DNA of 64,000 nt from Synechococcales cyanobacterium VAR_4_metabat_354. Its GTDB lineage: Bacteria > Cyanobacteriota > Cyanobacteriia > Cyanobacteriales > Chamaesiphonaceae. How positions within the stretch are numbered: the stretch's first letter is position 1; each line of letters begins with the position of its first letter. The translations under genes were made by a program, and so were the position numbers. Positions 29,638-40,198 of the stretch are shown here, in pieces. Location of the stretch: the NCBI GenBank assembly GCA_031414775.1, contig JANOQI010000024.1, forward strand, positions 32,001 to 96,000. Reading direction: 5' to 3'. Under the pieces are notes generated by a model, which saw only the letters and a list, made by a program, of their open reading frames with translations, was not told the DNA's origin and did not search any database.

Positions 29638-30990
29638 ATGACCAAAATTGCTTATTTAGAATGTCCTACCGGGATTGCTGGCGATATGTGCCTAGCTGCT
29701 TTAATTGATGCTGGGGTGCCAGTGGCCTATCTGCTCGATCGACTAAATCTATTAGGGATTGCCACCGAATATGAGCTGCACCGCACCACGGTGAAACATC
29801 ATGGTCAAGCTGCTACTCATATAGATGTAAAACTTTTGGCCGCTCCTGATCATAGCCATGAGCACAGCCATCAAGAGCATGGTCATGAATCAGCTGAGCA
29901 CCACCACGGCCATCACCATTCGATAGTGGATAAAGAACAGCATTATCACAGCCCCCAACGCAACTTGCCCCAGATCACAGCGTTAATTGAGCAGGCTAAT
30001 TTGCCAGAACGTGCTGCGGCTTGGAGCTTGGCCGTATTTCGGCAGCTGGCGATCGCCGAAGGCATTGTGCATGGGATTGATCCGAATCTGGTGCATTTTC
30101 ATGAAGTGGGAGCCGTCGATGCCATTGTCGATATTGTCGGTACCTGTTTGGGTTTAGACTACTTGGAAATTGAGCAGGTCTATTGTTCGGCTCTGCCCAC
30201 GGGCGGCGGCACCGTGAAAGCTGCCCACGGGATGATGCCCGTCCCGGTACCAGCGGTGCTCCAGCTCTGGCAGTCCCGGCAGGTGCCAGTCTATAGCAAT
30301 GGAATCGATCGAGAGCTAGTGACTCCCACTGGTGCGGCTTTAGCCGTGACCCTAGCGGAGAGCTTTGGGGCAGCTCCGGCCATGACAATTAGCAAAATTG
30401 GTTTGGGGGCAGGTACTCTTCAGCTACCGCTCCCTAATATTCTGCGGTTGTGGATTGGGGAAAGCCAAAGTACTGAGACTGAGACCAACACTGGATCAGC
30501 CACAAGGTTAGAGACAATTAGTGTCCTTGAAACTCAGATTGATGATATGAATCCCCAAGTGGTGGGCTATTTGTTCGATCGGCTGTTAGCGGCGGGAGCT
30601 TTGGATGTGTTCACCCAGCCGGTAGGCATGAAAAAATCCCGCCCCGGCATTTTGATTACAGTTATTTGTCAGCCCAGCCAAGTAGCCAACTGTGAAAAAA
30701 TTATTTTTCAGGAAACCACGACCATCGGTATTCGCCGTTCCACTCAGCAGCGATCAATCCTACCTCGACAGATACACAGGGTGGTGACTCCTTATGGACA
30801 AGTCCGAGTTAAGGTGGCTACCAGCAATTTACCGGATGTCCCAGACATTTGGAATATTCAACCAGAGTTCGCCGATTGCGCGGCGATCGCCGCGCAAACT
30901 CAATTACCTTGGCAGACCATTTACGATCTTGCTCGGCAAACAGCTTGGTCTGAAATGGGTATTCCTATCAGTAACAAATTCAAACAGTGA
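29638..30990 (+). CDS. larC: Nickel pincer cofactor biosynthesis protein LarC
   Basis: [11 protein letters not shown], His-rich loop, [37 protein letters not shown] and ETTTIGIR. Confidence 0.92.
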   Translation: MTKIAYLECPTGIAGDMCLAALIDAGVPVAYLLDRLNLLGIATEYELHRTTVKHHGQAATHIDVKLLAAPDHSHEHSHQEHGHESAEHHHGHHHSIVDKEQHYHSPQRNLPQITALIEQANLPERAAAWSLAVFRQLAIAEGIVHGIDPNLVHFHEVGAVDAIVDIVGTCLGLDYLEIEQVYCSALPTGGGTVKAAHGMMPVPVPAVLQLWQSRQVPVYSNGIDRELVTPTGAALAVTLAESFGAAPAMTISKIGLGAGTLQLPLPNILRLWIGESQSTETETNTGSATRLETISVLETQIDDMNPQVVGYLFDRLLAAGALDVFTQPVGMKKSRPGILITVICQPSQVANCEKIIFQETTTIGIRRSTQQRSILPRQIHRVVTPYGQVRVKVATSNLPDVPDIWNIQPEFADCAAIAAQTQLPWQTIYDLARQTAWSEMGIPISNKFKQ

Positions 30991-31443
30991 AAAATTATCA
31001 GCATAAAGAGCGCAAATTACTGGGCAAACCAAAACTTAACGGCTACACTATATTGGTTGGAAGCAATCGTCGGCTTGACCTGGTCTTCTATCTAGTTTAT
31101 TTAGATAGTATTTAGACCTATGTTCTGTACTGATTTTATATTCAGTAACTAACTAATAGTTAGCGATCTTCTGTGCCGAAAATTTACTCAATCCACTGAC
31201 TCCGTTCGACCTTAAATCCCAACCCTATCAGTAATAGCCAACCTTCCAGCAGTCCGAGCTATGAGCGGACAACTTAGTGGCTTACTTCGGTTGTAGAATT
31301 CAGCAGAACGCTCAAATATTTACTGTCAAATATTTTTTTGACGAGTTTTTCTGTCCTATGAGAAATGGTTGACTGAATCTTCGGCAAAAGCGACCCAATG
31401 TTTTAATTTATTATTGATTTGTAAGGAGCAAGAGGAATACGGC

Positions 31444-32571
31444 ATGACCCAAGCTAAAGACGTATTCGCAACCCTGATTCAACCAGATAGCGAAGTAGAA
31501 TTGCTTACCGATGACGATCAAAATCCAGATGAGGCCGAACCCAGCGCCGAGGCTGAGGAGGAAGAGGAAAAACCTGGTAAAGGTAAAGCCGCTGCTCGCC
31601 GCCGGGTCACTACCAAGAAAAAGCAGTATACCGAGGATTCGATTCGGCTATACCTCCAAGAAATCGGTCGTATCCGGCTGTTAAGAGCCGATGAAGAAAT
31701 TGAACTAGCTAGAAAGATTGCTGACCTGCTAGAGCTAGAGCGCGTCCGCGAAGCGCTGGCCACTGAAATAGAACGGGAACCGCAAGATAACGAATGGGCA
31801 AAAGCAGTGGATATGAGTCCACAGCAGTTTCGACACCGACTATATTTGGGTCGCCGAGCCAAGGACAAGATGGTGCAGTCCAACTTACGACTGGTGGTGT
31901 CGATCGCTAAAAAATACATGAACCGGGGCTTGTCTTTTCAGGATCTGATCCAAGAAGGCAGTTTGGGGCTAATTCGTGCCGCCGAAAAGTTCGATCACGA
32001 AAAGGGCTATAAGTTTTCGACTTATGCTACTTGGTGGATTCGGCAGGCCATTACCAGAGCGATCGCCGATCAGTCACGCACTATTCGGTTACCGGTTCAC
32101 TTGTACGAAACTATTTCGCGGATTAAGAAAACCACGAAATTGCTATCACAGGGCATGGGTCGGAAGCCGACTGAAGAAGAAATCGCCACCAAGATGGAAA
32201 TGACCATCGAGAAGCTGCGCTTTATTGCCAAGTCGGCGCAGTTGCCAATTTCCCTAGAAACTCCAATCGGTAAAGAAGAAGATTCTCGTCTGGGTGACTT
32301 CATTGAAGCTGATGGCGAAATGCCGGAAGATCAAGTTTCTAAGAACTTGCTGCGTGAAGATCTAGAAAGCGTTTTAGACACCCTTAGCCCTCGGGAAAGA
32401 GATGTTTTAAGATTGCGCTACGGTCTAGACGATGGCCGGATGAAAACTTTAGAAGAGATCGGTCAGATCTTCAATGTTACGCGGGAACGCATTCGACAAA
32501 TTGAAGCTAAGGCACTGCGCAAACTGCGCCATCCAAACCGCAATAGTATTCTCAAAGAATATATTCGGTAG
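31444..32571 (+). CDS. sigA: Principal RNA polymerase sigma factor SigA/RpoD
   Basis: [54 protein letters not shown] and [23 protein letters not shown] at 31444 follows GAGG. Confidence 0.97.
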   Translation: MTQAKDVFATLIQPDSEVELLTDDDQNPDEAEPSAEAEEEEEKPGKGKAAARRRVTTKKKQYTEDSIRLYLQEIGRIRLLRADEEIELARKIADLLELERVREALATEIEREPQDNEWAKAVDMSPQQFRHRLYLGRRAKDKMVQSNLRLVVSIAKKYMNRGLSFQDLIQEGSLGLIRAAEKFDHEKGYKFSTYATWWIRQAITRAIADQSRTIRLPVHLYETISRIKKTTKLLSQGMGRKPTEEEIATKMEMTIEKLRFIAKSAQLPISLETPIGKEEDSRLGDFIEADGEMPEDQVSKNLLREDLESVLDTLSPRERDVLRLRYGLDDGRMKTLEEIGQIFNVTRERIRQIEAKALRKLRHPNRNSILKEYIR

Positions 32572-32588
32572 TTTGAAAAGTTGATTGT

Positions 32589-32619
32589 AAAAAGTGGGCT
32601 GCTGGACAGCCCGCTTTTT
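32589..32619. terminator. Bidirectional intrinsic terminator
   Basis: AAAAGTGGGCTG-CTGGA-CAGCCCGCTTTT between convergent genes. Confidence 0.8.
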
Positions 32620-32623
32620 GTAG

Positions 32624-33628
32624 TTACTGAAAAATTTCGCTAGATTCCAAAACTGTTTCGTAAAAGAAATAGACCGAACCTTTAAAACCAGCTGATTGAA
32701 CGGCGGCAATTTGTTGTTTTACTAGCTCGGGTGGCTGTTTTTTACCCTTTAAGCCAGTCAGAATCCCGATCGCCAGCTGCTGTTTCAGGGGCTGTAATTC
32801 TGGTTTCTTTAATTCGGCTTGGAAGGCTGGCAAATTGTAGCGATATACCTGTAGCACCAACTCATCGATTAGACCCAACTCATGCCAGCGCTGCCAATTC
32901 ATTCGGTAGTTGTCGATCGAGAACTTTAACGGATTGGGACTCACTGATACTAGACAATCAGGTTTGGTCGCTTTAATCTGGCCGACGATTTGTTGAAAAG
33001 AATTTGTTAACTTGTCACCTGCCCAATCTGCCCAAGATTGTTGCTGACCAAATGGCCAAATTCCTGTTGCTGATTGCCGATAGGCTGCTTGAGTGCTTGG
33101 CTCAAAGCCCAACTCGATTGGCCAACCCCAGTGATCATCGAACTGAATACCATCGATCGGATAGCGCGAGACCAAATCGATGATTAATTCTCCCATCATG
33201 TCAACTACTTGCGGGTCACTAGGATTGAGCCACACCGATTGGTCGAGCTGGCCTGATGCTGTTTTACGGCGCAACCGATCGCCAGTATTAGTCAGAGTCA
33301 AGCAACTAGGATAGCGCTGGACTAATTCACAGTTGGGGGGCAACATGAGACCGTATTCCCACCAAACAATGACCCGCAAACCCAGTTCATGAGAGATTTC
33401 TAGCAGTTCAGCGAGGTAATCCCGACTGCTATATTCTGGCTGGGGGATAGTGAGGTGACCAGTATATTTTTCAGCGATCGAACTGGGGTAAAGGGTGTAA
33501 CCTCGTTGCCAGACCACCGGATAGATGGTGTCAAAGCCTAGTTGTTGGAGCTGGCGCAGGCCAGCTTCTAGATTTTGACGAGAATGGAGTAGTTTACTAC
33601 CGGTGTTAGTTAGCCAAACGCCTTGCAT
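32624..33628 (-). CDS. Glycoside hydrolase-like 10 (DUF187/GHL10) protein
   Basis: GVWLTN, GFDTIYPVVW.RGYTLYPS, WLNP, YPIDGIQFDDH and LQVYR. Confidence 0.82.
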   Translation of the reverse strand: MQGVWLTNTGSKLLHSRQNLEAGLRQLQQLGFDTIYPVVWQRGYTLYPSSIAEKYTGHLTIPQPEYSSRDYLAELLEISHELGLRVIVWWEYGLMLPPNCELVQRYPSCLTLTNTGDRLRRKTASGQLDQSVWLNPSDPQVVDMMGELIIDLVSRYPIDGIQFDDHWGWPIELGFEPSTQAAYRQSATGIWPFGQQQSWADWAGDKLTNSFQQIVGQIKATKPDCLVSVSPNPLKFSIDNYRMNWQRWHELGLIDELVLQVYRYNLPAFQAELKKPELQPLKQQLAIGILTGLKGKKQPPELVKQQIAAVQSAGFKGSVYFFYETVLESSEIFQ

Positions 33629-33642
33629 TATTTTTTGGGTGG

Positions 33643-34602
33643 TTAGTTGGTTTTTTGGTAAGCATTCATCGGCTCGCGAATAAACCGAATGTACAAATGC
33701 CGGAACGTAGACTTAATCACGCGGGGCAGGGCGAAGTCGATCGGCATCAATGCTGCTGGTAGTTTCCAATCGCTCATCTGTAGATCCACTGGTCGGCACA
33801 ACAAGAATTCGATTTCGGTGGGTGCATAACCCAATCGTTGCGCAGCGGCGGCTGTTGGGACTAACTGCCAATCCACATTTAGCACTTCTAACATGGCTAT
33901 GTCTAAGGCAAATACGTTGGCTGATGCTCCCAGTACACCCAGGTTTCGGGGTTCGCCACTGCTAGGACCGTTGCCTTCATGGCCAATAATGCCATCAATG
34001 ATTGTCAGGTCGGGATCGATCGCCCGAGCAGTTTCTACCAACATTTCACCAAAAGTGTCAGCATCTTTGCCAGCGCTCATATGCCACCAGGCTTTCATTT
34101 TTCCTGGTACACAACCAAACAAGTTCTTGACCCCTAAGGTCATGGTTAACTGCATGTGCGACTTGACCTTGGGTAGGTTAATTACAACATCAGCGTTCAT
34201 GGCCTCTTTGCTCAGCAGTAAATTATCAAAACTGTCGCTAGTCGTGCTGTAACGCTGACCGTGAAACTCCACCACTGGTAGACCAATTTCTGCCATCATG
34301 GGCAGATAACCATTGTTTTTGGCCACGCCCAGAGCACTTCCAAAAGCTGGACTATCGCCAAAGAAAGGTTGGCCACCAGCTTCTTGTACCAGTTGAGCTA
34401 CGCATTTGACCAATTCTGGTCTGGTGACGCATTCTTTAGTTGGTCTTGCTCCGGTTAACAGATTTGGCTTCAGCAAAACCCGTTGCCCTGGTTTAACAAA
34501 AGCTGCCATCCCGCCCAACGGCGCTAAGACATCAATGATCGACTGCCGGAGGGCTTGCTCGGCGTAGGTCTCGGCACGGATTAAACTAACTGTTGCTGAC
34601 AT
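33643..34602 (-). CDS. DUF362 domain protein
   Basis: VLLKPNLL, GDSP, VINLPKVKSH, TLGVKNLFGCVPG and IIDGIIGHEGNGP. Confidence 0.85.
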   Translation of the reverse strand: MSATVSLIRAETYAEQALRQSIIDVLAPLGGMAAFVKPGQRVLLKPNLLTGARPTKECVTRPELVKCVAQLVQEAGGQPFFGDSPAFGSALGVAKNNGYLPMMAEIGLPVVEFHGQRYSTTSDSFDNLLLSKEAMNADVVINLPKVKSHMQLTMTLGVKNLFGCVPGKMKAWWHMSAGKDADTFGEMLVETARAIDPDLTIIDGIIGHEGNGPSSGEPRNLGVLGASANVFALDIAMLEVLNVDWQLVPTAAAAQRLGYAPTEIEFLLCRPVDLQMSDWKLPAALMPIDFALPRVIKSTFRHLYIRFIREPMNAYQKTN

Positions 34603-34631
34603 GGACTGACAAAACTACTTCACTCCACATT

Positions 34632-35318
34632 CTAGTGGCTCGGTGGGTCGATCGCCAATTGGGGAATATTCAGCTGATAACCAAATTGCCGGATCGTAAC
34701 GATCGAATCCGGCTGGGGCAATTTTTTACGCAAAGATAAAATGTGGGTATCGACAGTACGGCTACTGCCCATGTTTTCATCCCAAGCTCGGTGTAGCAAT
34801 TCCATCCGACTGACTGGTTGACCATGCGATTGCAGTAGCACGTATAACAAACTAAATTCTTGGGGGGTGAGATCGATCGCTTTCTGCTGGCAGTAAAACC
34901 GTCGCCGTACCAAATCTACATGCAGATCGCCATGTACAATCTCAGAAGGCAATACATTGGTACGAGAGCGCCGCAGCAATGTCGCTACCCGGGCTAAAAA
35001 TTCTTTCATCCCAAAAGGTTTTTTCAGGTAATCATCGGCAAACTCTAAGCTGGTAACAATTTCAGTCTCAGTCAGCCGAGTCGATAACATCAAAATCAGG
35101 GTGTTACTGTGAATGCGTAACCACTGGCAGAGTTCTGTCCCACTGCCATCGGCTAAATCGTAATCGACAATCACCATATCCGGAAGCAGGCGGGTGATCT
35201 CCTGCTGAGCCATCACCATGCTGGCTGTCTGCCGCACTTGATGCCCTTGTTGTTGAAGTTGGGTAGTTAAGATCGATCGAAGGTTGGGATTGCCAATTAC
35301 CACTGCAATTACGGACAT
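34632..35318 (-). CDS. OmpR/PhoB-family response regulator (atypical receiver)
   Basis: Receiver (MVIVD, ADDYLKKPF) plus winged helix (LTPQEFSLL, RTVDTHILSLRKKL). Confidence 0.88.
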   Translation of the reverse strand: MSVIAVVIGNPNLRSILTTQLQQQGHQVRQTASMVMAQQEITRLLPDMVIVDYDLADGSGTELCQWLRIHSNTLILMLSTRLTETEIVTSLEFADDYLKKPFGMKEFLARVATLLRRSRTNVLPSEIVHGDLHVDLVRRRFYCQQKAIDLTPQEFSLLYVLLQSHGQPVSRMELLHRAWDENMGSSRTVDTHILSLRKKLPQPDSIVTIRQFGYQLNIPQLAIDPPSH

Positions 35319-35613
35319 GGATATATCACTGAATGATAGATAGCAGTGAAAGACAGGTTATCTATCATTCTATTTCTATCCTTACTACCGGCAGGGGATT
35401 GATACCGAGTCTATTGCAAAAATGATCGCCAGAATGGAGGTGAACTAGCAATCTCAAGTGTTATAGTGCCAGTATAACGTTAGCTACATTGCTAGTTTAG
35501 ATCTAAATTAATATAACTTTTTGCAAATAAATTCGCCAAAACATGCGGATATCCGTCAAGACAGTTTGTTAAATCTGATATATTCTGGTAATGATTTGGA
35601 GGAATTTGAGGAT

Positions 35614-35862
35614 ATGCTGCAACAAACCGAAACAATTCGTCATTATCAAAAAATTACTGACGCGGTAGTCGAAATGTGGAATCGGGGTTACCGTTTTGAT
35701 GATTTGCGGATGTACCTAGATGGCTATCTGGCCGGACTACGGGCAACCAATACCATGGAAGCTTACCAAGTGAATCGTCTGGAGGAGGACGCCACTCGTT
35801 ATATCTACGATCCTTCCAACTTCGAGACCCCTCTACTACAGCCAGAAGTCGGTTATTACTAA
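35614..35862 (+). CDS. Conserved cyanobacterial hypothetical protein (DUF6761-like)
   Basis: MLQQTETIRHYQKITDA...RMYLDGYLA...YIYDPSNF. ATG at 35614 follows GGAGG. Confidence 0.75.
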   Translation: MLQQTETIRHYQKITDAVVEMWNRGYRFDDLRMYLDGYLAGLRATNTMEAYQVNRLEEDATRYIYDPSNFETPLLQPEVGYY

Positions 35863-35877
35863 GTTTTCAGAGTTTTT

Positions 35878-36237
35878 TTGATTTCTTTACAAATTTACGG
35901 TATTCCTAACTGCGGCACTTGCAAGAAGGCTTTGCAGTGGTTGGACTTTAGCGACATCGCATATGAATTCGTGAATACTAAAGACCGGCAACCCAGTCGA
36001 TCGCAAATTGCTGATTGGGTAGCGTCTTTGGGTAACAAACCTTTACGCAATACTTCCGGCCAGTCCTATCGATCGATCGGCGAAGAGAAGCAAGATTGGA
36101 GTGATGAGCAGTGGATAGACGCTTTTGCCCAAGATGCCATGTTACTAAAGCGACCACTGTTTGTGAAAGATGGCACTGCTGTACTGGCTGGTTTTCGAGA
36201 AAAGGGCGAAGTGATTAGAGAAAAATTGGGGATTTAG
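35878..36237 (+). CDS. ArsC/Spx/MgsR family protein
   Basis: IYGIPNCGTCKKA, NTSGQSYR and MLLKRP. Confidence 0.88.
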   Translation: MISLQIYGIPNCGTCKKALQWLDFSDIAYEFVNTKDRQPSRSQIADWVASLGNKPLRNTSGQSYRSIGEEKQDWSDEQWIDAFAQDAMLLKRPLFVKDGTAVLAGFREKGEVIREKLGI

Positions 36238-36274
36238 GATTATCCCCAATCATCAGAACAGGCTCAAAACCAGA

Positions 36275-36598
36275 TTAAGAGGCTAAGGCTACTTCTACAA
36301 TTTGCTGAATCTCACCTTTTTGGTATAGTTCCGCCATCACATCGGAGCCACCAATAAACTCACCATTGATATAGACCTGGGGGATGGTTGGCCAGCTGGA
36401 ATATTCCTTGATACCCTGACGAACTTCATCATTAGAGAGAATATCAAAGGTTTCATAGGGTACGCCTAAAATATTCAAAATTTGAACGACATTGTTAGAA
36501 AATCCGCATTGGGGTTGTAACCGATCACCTTTCATGAAGACCATGATCTTGTTTTGCTTGATCATGTCGCCGATTTGTTGTTGAGTTGCTGTATTCAT
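36275..36598 (-). CDS. grxD: Monothiol glutaredoxin Grx4
   Basis: FMKG...PQCGFS and WPTIPQVYINGEFIGGSD. Confidence 0.95.
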   Translation of the reverse strand: MNTATQQQIGDMIKQNKIMVFMKGDRLQPQCGFSNNVVQILNILGVPYETFDILSNDEVRQGIKEYSSWPTIPQVYINGEFIGGSDVMAELYQKGEIQQIVEVALAS

Positions 36599-36649
36599 AA
36601 TATTTAGCTTTATTTAACTTTAAGGTGTGGGCTGCAATAAATTAGAAAG

Positions 36650-36904
36650 TCAGGGCTGCTCGGCTTGCCAGGCAGCTGGCGTAAAAGTTTTCAGTGCTAG
36701 AGCATGAATGTCTTCACTGGCCATCGCGGCGTTCACCGATCGATATACCATCTGATGCTGTTGTACCAGAGTTTTACCGGCAAACTGCTCCGAAACTACT
36801 ACGGCTTGATAGTGATCGCCACCACCGGTCAGGTCGGTGACTTTAACTTCGGCATCCGCAATGCCATTCTTGATCATTGCTTCAACTTCGACTGGAGTAA
36901 TCAT
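36650..36904 (-). CDS. bolA: BolA family protein
   Basis: [20 protein letters not shown] and IHALALKT. Adjacent to grxD. Confidence 0.93.
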   Translation of the reverse strand: MITPVEVEAMIKNGIADAEVKVTDLTGGGDHYQAVVVSEQFAGKTLVQQHQMVYRSVNAAMASEDIHALALKTFTPAAWQAEQP

Positions 36905-37058
36905 GAAAAAGGGAGTGATAAATAATCGTCTAGGTCGATCTTAACATCTTGGCCGAAGGCACCATACTATTAATCTGGCATGATTTCTAAACCATGCTAT
37001 CCCTCAACCCATCAAATGTTGGCCTCAAACCACTGCAACATTTGGGTCGAGATTGTTT

Positions 37059-37086
37059 TATGATTTGCAATAAGTACATTAGTATT
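37059..37086 (+). promoter_or_regulatory. sbcC -10 box (TATGAT) with downstream putative LexA box
   Basis: TATGAT at 37059-37064. AGTACATTAGTATT at 37073-37086 is 12/14 identical to the recA site. Confidence 0.6.
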
Positions 37087-37094
37087 TTTGTTTC

Positions 37095-40000
37095 ATGATT
37101 CCATTGCAGCTTTCCCTCAAAAACTTTCTCAGCTATCGGGAAGCCAGCTTAGACTTCTCTGGACTACACACCGCCTGTATTTGTGGTGCTAATGGAGCCG
37201 GGAAATCCTCTTTACTAGAAGCCATTACTTGGTCAATTTGGGGGCAGAGTCGGGCGGCTAGCGAAGATGATGCGATCGCCAACGGGGCAGCAGATATGCG
37301 GGTGGACTTTACGTTCCAGCTGCATGGGGTGATTTATCGGATTATTCGCAGTCGCCAACGAGGGGGCAGTGGCTCTTTGGAGCTGCAAGTAATGACCGAC
37401 CAAACCTTTAAGTCCCTCACTCAGAAAGGAGTCAAAGCTACCCAAGCCCTGATTGATGAATACCTAAAGATTGACTACGATACTTTTATCAACTCCGCCT
37501 ATCTGCGTCAGGGTAAAGCTGATGAATTTATGCTGAAAAAGGCGGGCGAGCGGAAGCAGATTCTGGCCGACTTGCTCAAGCTGGATCAGTATGAAGATCT
37601 CTCTGAACAGTCCAGAAAAATTGCCAGCCAACATAAAGCTCAAATTAGTGCGATCAAACAACAATGTGCCAAAGATTTAGAGCGGCTCGACCAAATTCCA
37701 TATGTCAGCACTCATTGTCAGGCCACGCAATTTGAAATTGATGGTCTGCAAGCTATTCAAGCTACCGAGCAAACTGTTTTAGATACCCTGAAAACCACGG
37801 CCAAGCAGCGCGAAACCTATCACCAGCAGTTGCAATGGTCACAGCAACGCCAACAGGAATTACAAAATGACCTGTTGCAAATTCAGCAAGATTTAGCGAA
37901 AACCCAGCTAGAAGGGCAAAATTTGGCTAGTTTATTGGCGCAGGGCGTATCGATCGAACTGGCTTACCAACAGTATCAAGCTTTAGAAATAGCGGTGACT
38001 GACTGGGAGCAAAAATACTATCGCTACCAGCAGCTCCAAACTCAATCCCAGCAGACTACTGCCCAAATCCAGCAGCGGAGCCAACAATTTCAGATTCAAC
38101 TCAGTCAAATGACTACTAATCAGTCTGCTCTCCAACAGCAAGTCCAAGAGCAAGCTGCAATTTTGGCGACGGCGACTGATACTGATCGAGCTTTTGGTCT
38201 ATTGCAGCAGCACCAACAACAGTTGCACCGATTGGACGAATTATATCAACAGGTTGCGCCGCTGTACCAGCGCCAGCGAGAGATCCAAAATCATGTAGAC
38301 CGGCTCACAGCGCAGCAGCAGGCTAAGTCTGAGCAGCAAACCCAACAGATTAATCAACTGCAAAAACAGCTGGCGCAACAGCCAGAACTAACCAAACAGC
38401 TCCAGTTGATCGAACAACAAATTACGGTCTTAGAGCAGCAGCGAGTTGATCTCGATCGGGTGCGGGAAGAGGGTCAAGACCGGCGCAGTACGATCGATCG
38501 CCTGCAAGCCGAGCGCCAGGGCTATGAGCGTCAGCTCCAGCAACTGCACCATAAGCTCATTACCCTCACAGATACCGAAGATGCTAGCTGCCCCCTCTGT
38601 AACCATCCCCTCAGTGGCGAACATTGGGAGCATTTTCTAGCTAGCAACCATGCTGATCGAGAGTCTATTACCCAACAACTGACGTTACTAACTGAAAATG
38701 AACTAGTTGCTACCCGTGAACGCGAAGGCTTCGTAAAAGAATACAAAGAAATTGCGGCACAGTTGGCTGGCGATCAGCAACTATTGGAAACTAAAGGCCA
38801 GGTGGTAGCTGCTTTAGCTACGTTGGCGACCCAAGCTGTAAGCTTAGAGCTGCTTCAGCAAGAGCAACAGGATCTATTGTTATCGATCGAACAGCGCCGC
38901 TATGCCCAAGATTTTTGGGCGGAACTGCAAGAATTAGCCGAGTACCTCCAAGAACTAGGCTACGACGAAAAGAACCATGCTGCGGCCAGAAGTGATGTCG
39001 ATCGATATCGGTGGGCAGAGTTCAAAATAGTTCAAATGGCCGAGGCGAGCTGTAAGCAACAGCAGCTCACCCAACAGCAAGAGCAACTCCAAACAAAAAT
39101 TGAGGAATGTCAGCAGCAGTGGCAAGCTCTCGATCGGGATTCTCCACTACAACAAGAACTCCAAGCTGTACAAACTGAAATGCTGGCATTGGGTTATGAT
39201 GCCCAGCAGCATCAGCAAGCCCAAATGCAATTGCGCCAGTCGCCAGGTATTCAGGCTCAATATCAAGCTTGGCAACAAGCTCAGATTTCTCAACCCCAGA
39301 TATTAGAGCGGATTAAGCAGTTGCAACAGCAGTACCAACAGAAATTGGCCAGTCAGCAACAGGCCGGAGCAGAATGCGCTAAGACAGCTCAACTACTAGC
39401 TAATTTGCCGGAGCAGAGCGACAAAGTTGCCGAGCTAGAGCAGCAAATGATCGATCGCCGTCAGCAGCTCGATCAACAGTTTGCGATTTTGGGTCAACTC
39501 ACCGAACAGCTCGCTCAGCTAGAAAAGCTGCGGCTATCTTTGCAAGAGCAAGAAGCAGAAATTCAAGCCTGTCGCCAGCAGCAGTTAATCTATGATGAAT
39601 TAACTAAAGCCTTTGGCAAGAATGGCATTCAGGCTCTAATTATCGAAAATATTTTGCCACAGCTAGAATCTGAAGCTAACCAAATTCTGCGTCGTCTCAG
39701 CAATAATCAGTTTCATATTCAGTTCATCACCCAAAAATCTACTAAAAAGGCTAGTCGATCAAAGAAAGCATCGGTAAAAAATGCTAAGTTAATCGACACG
39801 CTAGACATTGTGATTGGGGATGTGAATGGGACACGCCCTTATGAAAATTACTCAGGGGGAGAAGCTTTTCGGATTAATTTTTCGATTCGGTTGGCTTTAG
39901 CCAAGCTGCTTTCCCAGCGGGCAGGGACACCACTACAAATGCTGATTGTGGATGAGGGTTTTGGGACTCAGGATCAAGAAGGATGCGATCGATTGATTGC

Positions 40001-40136
40001 GGCGATTAATGCGATCGCTAATGATTTTAAATGTATTTTGGCGGTGACTCACATGCCGCAGTTTAAGGAGGCTTTTCATACGCGCATTGAGGTCATGAAA
40101 ACGGTGGAAGGCTCTAAAATTGAGGTGTTTACATGA
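37095..40136 (+). CDS. sbcC: SbcC/Rad50-like ATPase
   Basis: GANGAGKSS Walker A, YLRQG Q-loop, long coiled coil with CPLC zinc hook, YSGGE signature and LIVDEGFG Walker B. Confidence 0.93.
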   Translation: MIPLQLSLKNFLSYREASLDFSGLHTACICGANGAGKSSLLEAITWSIWGQSRAASEDDAIANGAADMRVDFTFQLHGVIYRIIRSRQRGGSGSLELQVMTDQTFKSLTQKGVKATQALIDEYLKIDYDTFINSAYLRQGKADEFMLKKAGERKQILADLLKLDQYEDLSEQSRKIASQHKAQISAIKQQCAKDLERLDQIPYVSTHCQATQFEIDGLQAIQATEQTVLDTLKTTAKQRETYHQQLQWSQQRQQELQNDLLQIQQDLAKTQLEGQNLASLLAQGVSIELAYQQYQALEIAVTDWEQKYYRYQQLQTQSQQTTAQIQQRSQQFQIQLSQMTTNQSALQQQVQEQAAILATATDTDRAFGLLQQHQQQLHRLDELYQQVAPLYQRQREIQNHVDRLTAQQQAKSEQQTQQINQLQKQLAQQPELTKQLQLIEQQITVLEQQRVDLDRVREEGQDRRSTIDRLQAERQGYERQLQQLHHKLITLTDTEDASCPLCNHPLSGEHWEHFLASNHADRESITQQLTLLTENELVATREREGFVKEYKEIAAQLAGDQQLLETKGQVVAALATLATQAVSLELLQQEQQDLLLSIEQRRYAQDFWAELQELAEYLQELGYDEKNHAAARSDVDRYRWAEFKIVQMAEASCKQQQLTQQQEQLQTKIEECQQQWQALDRDSPLQQELQAVQTEMLALGYDAQQHQQAQMQLRQSPGIQAQYQAWQQAQISQPQILERIKQLQQQYQQKLASQQQAGAECAKTAQLLANLPEQSDKVAELEQQMIDRRQQLDQQFAILGQLTEQLAQLEKLRLSLQEQEAEIQACRQQQLIYDELTKAFGKNGIQALIIENILPQLESEANQILRRLSNNQFHIQFITQKSTKKASRSKKASVKNAKLIDTLDIVIGDVNGTRPYENYSGGEAFRINFSIRLALAKLLSQRAGTPLQMLIVDEGFGTQDQEGCDRLIAAINAIANDFKCILAVTHMPQFKEAFHTRIEVMKTVEGSKIEVFT

Positions 40137-40198
40137 TTGACGCGCAGCTTGGGAGATATTGTAGTCGGAAAGTTTCCAAGCCTGATGTCTGGGCAGTC

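Noticed and set aside
31008..31090. GGGCAAACC upstream of sigA resembling a c-di-GMP-I riboswitch
   Set aside because: It lacks the GNRA-capped stem and the following GACGCAAAG element.
35878..36904. bolA-grxD next to an ArsC-family gene as a novel redox module
   Set aside because: bolA-grxD linkage is well known, and the ArsC-family gene is convergent and separated by a hairpin.
37800..39600. CAG/CAA-rich repetitive DNA
   Set aside because: It encodes the Gln-rich coiled coil of SbcC and is not a repeat array.
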